Origin: Eledone cirrhosa
Lineage: Eukaryota
Assembly: GCA_964016885.1 (NCBI GenBank)
Contig: OZ024740.1
Coordinates: 60,016,001 to 60,080,000 of the forward strand
Reading direction: 5' to 3'
DNA length: 64,000 bases
Part shown: positions 57,263 through 64,000 of the stretch, one piece after another
How positions within the stretch are numbered: position 1 is the stretch's first letter
Layout of the letters: each line of letters starts with the position of its first letter
Made by a program: the position numbers and the translations under genes
The notes under the pieces: generated by a model
The model's database searches: none
Seen by the model: the letters and a program-made list of their open reading frames with translations, nothing else
What the model was told of the DNA's origin: nothing

Positions 57263-57265
<3 letters not shown>
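57073..57265. mobile_element. Family B foldback
   Basis: 57074-57124 is an imperfect reverse complement of 57133-57183; ends ttccttcgtta(TA)n. Confidence 0.8.
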
Positions 57266-57302
<37 letters not shown>

Positions 57303-57449
57303 GTATATATATATATATACACATATATATACACATATATATGTATTATTGTGCGTGTGTATGTACGTATTCATATATGCATATACATATATATATATAT
57401 ATACATATACATATCTATATATATATATATATATACATATGAATGCATA

Positions 57450-57563
<114 letters not shown>

Positions 57564-57985
57564 TGTATCAAAACATGCAATGCAAACATACAACTAATCT
57601 TTATTCGTTTCGAGTATTTTAGAAGCGAAAAAAGCAATTAATAATTAAAACTAATTGTTACGAGTTGGCAATATTCCTGTCAGAGTTTATCACCCGCCAT
57701 AAATAAACACGTGATATTAGTAACGAAAGAAGATTTCCTATTTATTACGGAAATAAATCTAAAACACATAAATTGATCAATAGTCATAAAATCGAACATT
57801 ACACTCGGTCTTGTTTTATAGGTTATATAGATATGATGAAGCGGCCGAACCACGTTTTTAATATAACCAATCAAATTTAAGCATTCATGTCGAAGTTCAA
57901 CAATGCCAAAGGTCTATTTATTCTTTAAAAGATTTTTCAGTATATGTGAAAAGTAAAATATAAATAGATGAATGAATATATGACT

Positions 57986-58194
57986 AAAGAAAGAAAGAAA
58001 GGAAGGGAGGAAGGAAGGAAGAAAGGAAGGAAGGAAGAAAGAAAGAAAGGAAGGAAGGAAGAAAAGAAGGAAGAAAGAAAGAAAGAAAGAATGGAAGGAA
58101 GGAAGGAAGGAAGGGAGGAAGGAAGAAAGGAAGGAAGGAAGAAAGACAGAAAGGGAAAAAGAAAGAAAGAAAGGGATGGAGGAAGGAAGGAAAA

Positions 58195-58258
<64 letters not shown>

Positions 58259-58259
58259 A
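57986..58259. repeat. (GAAA)n/(GGAA)n polypurine tract
   Basis: Directly visible in the sequence. Confidence 0.95.
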
Positions 58260-58470
58260 TAAGAATGAATAATATGTCGACATAAAAGTCGACAATAGCC
58301 AATATCTGAAATAACTTAACACAAACTAACAATAACTTTATAATCTGTTTTGTATTTTTTTCCTGTATTAAACTCATATTCATTGATATTTCTAACTTTC
58401 AGTGAAATACATTTGATATGAGACAATGTTTCAGTCACTCGTGGAGAAATACAACGTTGTAGTAAATAAT

Positions 58471-58658
58471 TGTTTCTACTTTAGGCACAAGGCCAGCAAT
58501 TACCCAGTGTATTACTGGTACTTTATTTTATCGACCCCGTAAGGATGAAAGGCAAAGTTAACTTCGGCGGGATTTGAACTCAGATCACAAAGAGCCGTAA
58601 CTCTAAGCTGCAAAGCATGGCGTCCGACCCTCTACCGATTCTGCCAATCCACCGCCCC
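58471..58658 (-). mobile_element. Full-length SINE family 1 with perfect 16-bp TSD
   Basis: cgttgtagtaaataat at 58455-58470 and 58659-58674. Confidence 0.92.
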
Positions 58659-60029
58659 CGTTGTAGTAAATAATAGCATTCAAAGAAAGAAGAAACTCTG
58701 AAAATTGAATCAATTGAATACAATTGAAATCTTTTCATAGCTGTCATGTTCCAGCAATGATAGAAACAGAAAGTGTCAATGCCATAAGTCCTGTATTTCT
58801 TTTATCCTTTCTTCCCCACCCAGAAACTATGTGTAAAGATACAAAAACTGAAATGCCAACAACTTATGGAGTACATTTTGTTTGAAGATAGAGAATTTAA
58901 TGTGTGTTAGTACACGAAAGTATTATGATGCCGCCATGATAATTACGAAAGGTTTGCGAGGGACTAGTTATTATTTCACAAATACATTCCACAGGTTTTT
59001 AAAAATTCGTTTCCAGATAACGAAACAGTAAAATCTCATTAATAAGTGCTAAGTAGCAGCTGGAGGTCAAAGCTATTTCTGTTTCTGATAACAACCTTAA
59101 CGTTGAAGCTATTAAAAGCCATGTTTTATTGACAAGCTATCATCTAGTGATAACAAGCACATGAACCTGTTTAATAAAGCAGAAGCAATCCAATATTTGT
59201 CGTCAAAAACTTTGGTCACGGACATTTTTTCCACGCTCCGCTACAAACTTTTATTATCTAGTGTAATATTCTCACTCTATAAAGAATATTACATCATTTA
59301 TTTAATAATTTATATTTTTTCTCCCACTTTATATCACACACACACACGTGTGTGTATGTTTATATACATATTAGTGTATGTGTATATTTATATATTCGTG
59401 TATCTGTATATTTATATATCTATATATATTTATATATCTATATACATATTAGTGAGGTCTCGGTTACCTACTCTAGATATATACAGATGTAACTTTATCA
59501 TAGATTTCGGATGCTGGTGCACTTTTAATACAGGCACACTCTTATATATATATATGTGTGTGTCTGTGTGTGTGTGTGTGTGTGTGTGGTGGCTGCAAAC
59601 TCTGCTAAGAGTATTGCAATCGCTTGTCAGATTACAGAAAATGGTGCACCTTCAGGCTACGGCCAGCCACACGAACCTGTAACATATACTGAACAAACAA
59701 TGCCTGTGCTTTGAAGGTTTTTAAAGTGGGGAAAGGCCTTCAGTAAAGATACATTTTAGTTTGTTATACTTCTTACTCTTTCAGTTCGTAGTACATTTAT
59801 AGCCATTGCTGTTACAATCGCTCACATAATGTATGTATACACCTATGTACATTCATACACATGGATGTATGTATGATCGCATGTACATACATATGTATGT
59901 ATGTATGTATGTAAGTTCGTACATAGGTATGTATGTATGTACGTATGTACATACATGTGCATGTATAAATGTACGTACATACATAGGTACGTATGAATGT
60001 ACGTATGTATATAGGTATGTATGTAAGTA

Positions 60030-60634
60030 TGGTCACCAGTTGGTGCTACTGGTAACATGTATCCCAGTACAACCTGTCTCATGGTCGGGTCGTTGGCGAC
60101 TAAACTGGCAACCCCACCAAGGTTTCTTGGTGAGGAGGGTGACTTTGGACATCCTGCAGGACTAAAAACAAAACCTGTCAAAGGGCAAAGGAGCTCTTAA
60201 GAGTCAATGGCCATCCAAAATCACCGGGAGAGATGACCCCTTAGCCTTGTCAAGGCAGAATTCTAGGAGAAGGAAAACTCTGATATAACACCTGCAACCC
60301 TGATGGTATCCAATGATGTTGACTTGTTCTTCTTTTTGGTAAATATCATCTTGGTTAAGAGAGTGGGACTGGCTTTGTGCAGTGCCTTTGCTCACTATAA
60401 AAGCTTCACGGTACAGGCATTGCTTTATATCTGGAGATCTCTCTGCACTTGTCGTCACATGGTGCCATGGGCCCAGCACTATGTGTCAATAACTGTCGCA
60501 AGTGTAGTGTTTGTACCAGAGTTTTCAAGTCGCTGGCTGGACTAAAAAGTAACACTCGTTCAGCGCATCGGTAGGAGTTCTCCTACATGGATATAAAGTA
60601 GTGGCCGTACTCGAAAACGAGTTGGCAGCCACCA
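60030..60634. mobile_element. ~600-bp non-coding element, subfamily X1, in (TATG)n
   Basis: Near-identical to 27695-28303. Confidence 0.85.
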
Positions 60635-60860
60635 TGCATGCATGTATGTATGTACGTAAGTATGTATGTATGCATGCAAGCATGTATGTATGTACGTAAG
60701 TATGTATGTATGCATATGTGTACGTATATACGTATGTATGTATGTATGTATGTATCCATGCATGCATGCATATGTGTATGTATGTACGTATGTATATATG
60801 TATGTATGCATGCATGCATATGTGTATGTATGTATGTATGTATGTATGTATGTATGTATG

Positions 60861-61467
60861 TCGGGTCACTCCTTAGTGCAACTGGTAACATGTAACCCAG
60901 TACAACCTGTCGCATGGTCGGGTAGTCGGTGACTAAATCGGCAACCACACCAAGTTTACTTGGTGAGGAGGGTGATTTTGGACACCCTGCAGAACAAAAA
61001 ACAAAACCTGACAAAGGGCGGAAGAACTCATAAGAGTCAACGGCCATCCAAAAGTGTGTAAATATGTATATGCACATGTACATATGTATGTATATGTGTA
61101 TATACATGGGTGTATGTGTATGTATATGCGCGGGGACATAGAAATAGTCGGGCTGGACACCCGATCGCGCGGTTAAACCACTGGGAGTGAAGGACCTCTA
61201 GCCTTTGTCAGGGCATTCTTCTAGGAGAAGGCAACTCAGGAAACTGGGATAACTCCGGTATAAAACCTACGGCTCAGTAGTTACCGATGATGTTTATCTT
61301 TTCTTCTTTTCGGGTTATAGCTACTGTCGCTCAGAGAATGGGATTGGCTCAGTGCACAGTCTTTCCTCACTTAAAAAAATATCTTCACGCACAGGCATTG
61401 CACGATAATTATTAATAATGGTATATCATGCAATGGCCATACCCGAAAACGAGGGGGCAGCCAACAT
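60861..61467. mobile_element. ~600-bp non-coding element, subfamily X2, in (TATG)n
   Basis: Highly similar to 44291-44887. Confidence 0.85.
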
Positions 61468-61624
61468 CATGTATGTATGTATGCATGCCTGTACGTAAGT
61501 AAGTAAGTAACGTATGTATGTATGTATGTATGTATGTATGTATGTATGTATGTATGTATGTATGTATGTATGTATGTATGTATGTATGTATGTATGTATG
61601 TATGTATGTATGTATGTATGTATG

Positions 61625-62044
61625 TCATCCCTTGAATTGCAAGAATGTTTTGCAAATTTTGAAGGTGCCAGCTATCGCAGCCATTTGTAGACTATGAATT
61701 AGGGAGCTGCGCTTTTTGTTCACAAATCCAAGTTCAGTCATACTTTGGTCCAAGCGGGTTGGTATATAACCCGTAGCTCCAATAATGATGGGTATGAAGC
61801 TAAAGGTGTATCTTGGATACTGGATTTGTAAACTCCTCATCAATGGTCCGTAGATGTCCTCCTTCTCCTGTATTTTTCTGACAACGTTTACATCAAGTGG
61901 GCAGTTGATCTCCACAAAAGAACACGTTTTCAATGTGTGGTCCCAAAGAACAATATCAGGCCGGTTGTGCTTTAATTTGGTGACAGTTTTTATTTTCAGG
62001 TTCCACCAGTATTCCTTAGTGCCATCTGTCTCAATATATTCCTC
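61625..62044 (-). mobile_element. R4/Dong-like retrotransposon 3' fragment with open RLE reading frame
   Basis: Uninterrupted EYWWNLKIKT..KLKHNRPDIVLWD..KTCSFVEINCPLD.NV..K..EKEDIY...FIPIIIGATG...ICKTFL; the stop codon runs directly into (CATA)n. Confidence 0.88.
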
Positions 62045-62684
62045 CTATGTATGTATGTATGTATGTATGTATGTATGTATGTATGTATGTATGTATGTAC
62101 GTATGTACGTACATATATACGTATTTATGCATGTATGTATGTATATATGTGTTTATATACGTACGTACGCACGCCTGTATATAAATGGAGTATGATAGCG
62201 GGTGAAAATGTTGTTTGATATACTTTGTTATTTCAGTCGTTGATTCCCAGTTAGATAGTTCCTATAATGTTTTCAGAATTCTAATAGGATGTACCACTTT
62301 CATGTCGAATGGGGGAGCGTCAAATGACAACATCAATCACTTTCAAACACATTGACACTCCCTGGTGAAACAAGAGTAAGTCTTGATTTGGAATCCACTT
62401 CTACTCACGGCCAGAAATTAATGTAGGAATATATTGATATTGACTTTTACATAAAAAAATAAACGATAATGTCCTCAGTCATTCTCTTTTAACTCCCGTA
62501 ACAAATTTAAACCTCATACATTCCTATATATTGCCTAGTCGTGTTTCGTCTGGAAAAGTATATTTTATCATATCATGGCCTCAGTTCGACTAAAGAAAAA
62601 CATGGTAAACTGATACTATTCAGAAACCCGTTGACTGTCTTCTGAGTGTGTGTTTGTGTATATAGATACATACAAACATGCATA

Positions 62685-62788
<104 letters not shown>

Positions 62789-62828
62789 ATGTGTGTATTA
62801 TAAAATTAACGAAGGTCGCTGGTATTAA

Positions 62829-63039
62829 CCCCTTAGCATTTACATTACTCTATATATGATATTGCATTTTCATGGTAAAGGCTTTGCCTCACATAATTAT
62901 CTCGCATAATATCGAATCTATGAGATTTTGATATTATTTATTTTGATAACAATACCTTAACATGAGTATGAGCACCCGGTTACGACCAGTTTGAACAGAA
63001 AGAGTTGAGAGAATTGTGGCCGGTTTAAATGGTAAAGGG
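62829..63039. mobile_element. piggyBac-type MITE, SINE-free copy
   Basis: TTAA|CCCcTTAGCATTTA...TAAATGgTAAAGGG|TTAA; colinear with 21573-21977 minus the SINE. Confidence 0.85.
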
Positions 63040-63069
63040 TTAAGTCAACGAACTCCAGCCAGCGTCAAG

Positions 63070-63450
63070 CTCACTCAATGAATCTAAGATGTTCTAGTCT
63101 ACCATGAATACTAAAGAGCGGGATGTTCCTAGAAAGGCCTATACATGCCAGAAAAATAACTGAGCGTCCAGCCACTGTCGGGATATAAACGGCTCCTAGT
63201 CTGAAGGCATGGCCCTTTCTACTGGTCACGTCCAGCACCACCAGTTTACCTTCTACTTACAGAAATATGGTTCGTATTGTGAGGCCCAGACGTTTCCGTA
63301 ACACCACAGCGTCTTCGCCTCCCGATCTAGGACTACTTGGAGATGTGTGCATCTTGTGGCCGCTAAAGATAGGTGTTGTTATTGCATTTGGAGCCTCCGC
63401 TGCTATTGTTGTTGCAATAACTGTAGATGGAGGTCGTGGCAATGTAGTGC
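63070..63450 (-). mobile_element. Tx1/L1-like APE endonuclease remnant
   Basis: SGGEDAVVLRKRLGLTIRTIFL*VEGKLVVLDVTSRKGHAFRLGAVYIP resembles the GG.AVL...GRLV.LDV...FRLV.VYAP pattern. Confidence 0.65.
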
Positions 63451-63657
63451 TTACCCACTATTGGGAATCTAATCGCTGCATTTATAGCGTTGGCAACAGT
63501 GAGGGCTTCCTTTCCTTCAAGACTAGCTGTAGACAGAAGACCCTTAAGTGGATCACAACGCCACATGCGACACATTGGCCTTCCACCCGCTGCTGTCACA
63601 AACAGAAGGGTGCAACCCAGGAGGTTGATCAGGTAAGATGGTCGATCAGGTCTGGAA

Positions 63658-63840
63658 CGTGGATTGGCAGTATCGGTAGAGCGTCAGACACCATACTTTG
63701 CAGCATAGAGTTATGGCGCTTTACGTTCTTAGTTCAAATCCAGCCGGGGTTAACTTTGCCTTTCATCTTTACTGGGTCGATAACATAAAGCACCAGTAAT
63801 GCACTGGGGTAATTGCTGGCCTTGTGCCAAAAGTTGAAAC
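63658..63840 (+). mobile_element. SINE family 1
   Basis: gtggattggcagtatcggtagag...agttcaaatcc...ttgtgccaaaag. Confidence 0.85.
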
Positions 63841-64000
63841 GTCTTCTATATATTGTTGGTTGGTTTTAGAATACTTCGGCTATTGTTATCTGCTCATCCA
63901 TATCGGCTACGACAGCCACAGTGAACCATGTGTGTGTGTGTGTGTGGGGGGGGGGGGGTTATATCAGGTTGTATCTAGCAGCTCATGGGTGCACCTCATC

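Noticed and set aside
57937-58383. K/E/R-rich and F/L/S-rich ORFs
   Set aside because: Translations of the (GAAA)/(GGAA) tract
58471-58658. tRNA genes suggested by A and B boxes
   Set aside because: No cloverleaf; the boxes head a multi-copy element with TSDs, i.e. a SINE

Overview
AT-rich, repeat-saturated animal non-coding DNA. The SINE complement resembles coleoid cephalopod (Octopus-like) repeats; this is inference from recalled repeat motifs, not a database hit. No host protein-coding gene is supported. Most long ORFs in the track are translations of (TA)n, (CA)n or (TATG)n microsatellites. Recognisable content: about 25 copies of a tRNA-headed SINE, fragments of Tx1/L1, RTE, R4/Dong-like and CRE-like non-LTR retrotransposons, a DD37D/maT-like Tc1-mariner remnant, piggyBac-type MITEs, two Helitron 3' ends and two Penelope-like GIY-YIG fragments. 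The main hidden signal is about 18 type I hammerhead ribozyme motifs (CUGANGA...GAAA...NUH) from roughly ten sequence families. They show stem covariation, mostly palindromic minimal stem III, and a U3-A8 core variant. They sit in short non-coding elements embedded in or beside (TA)n tracts, built as partial tandems plus inverted or foldback segments. This reads as a multi-family Penelope pLTR / retrozyme-like system; one locus predicts a 434-nt self-excising RNA monomer. A second system is a set of ~600-bp non-coding elements plus an R4-like endonuclease fragment, mostly embedded in (CATA)n. All folds and coordinates were derived by eye; ends may be off by a few bases.
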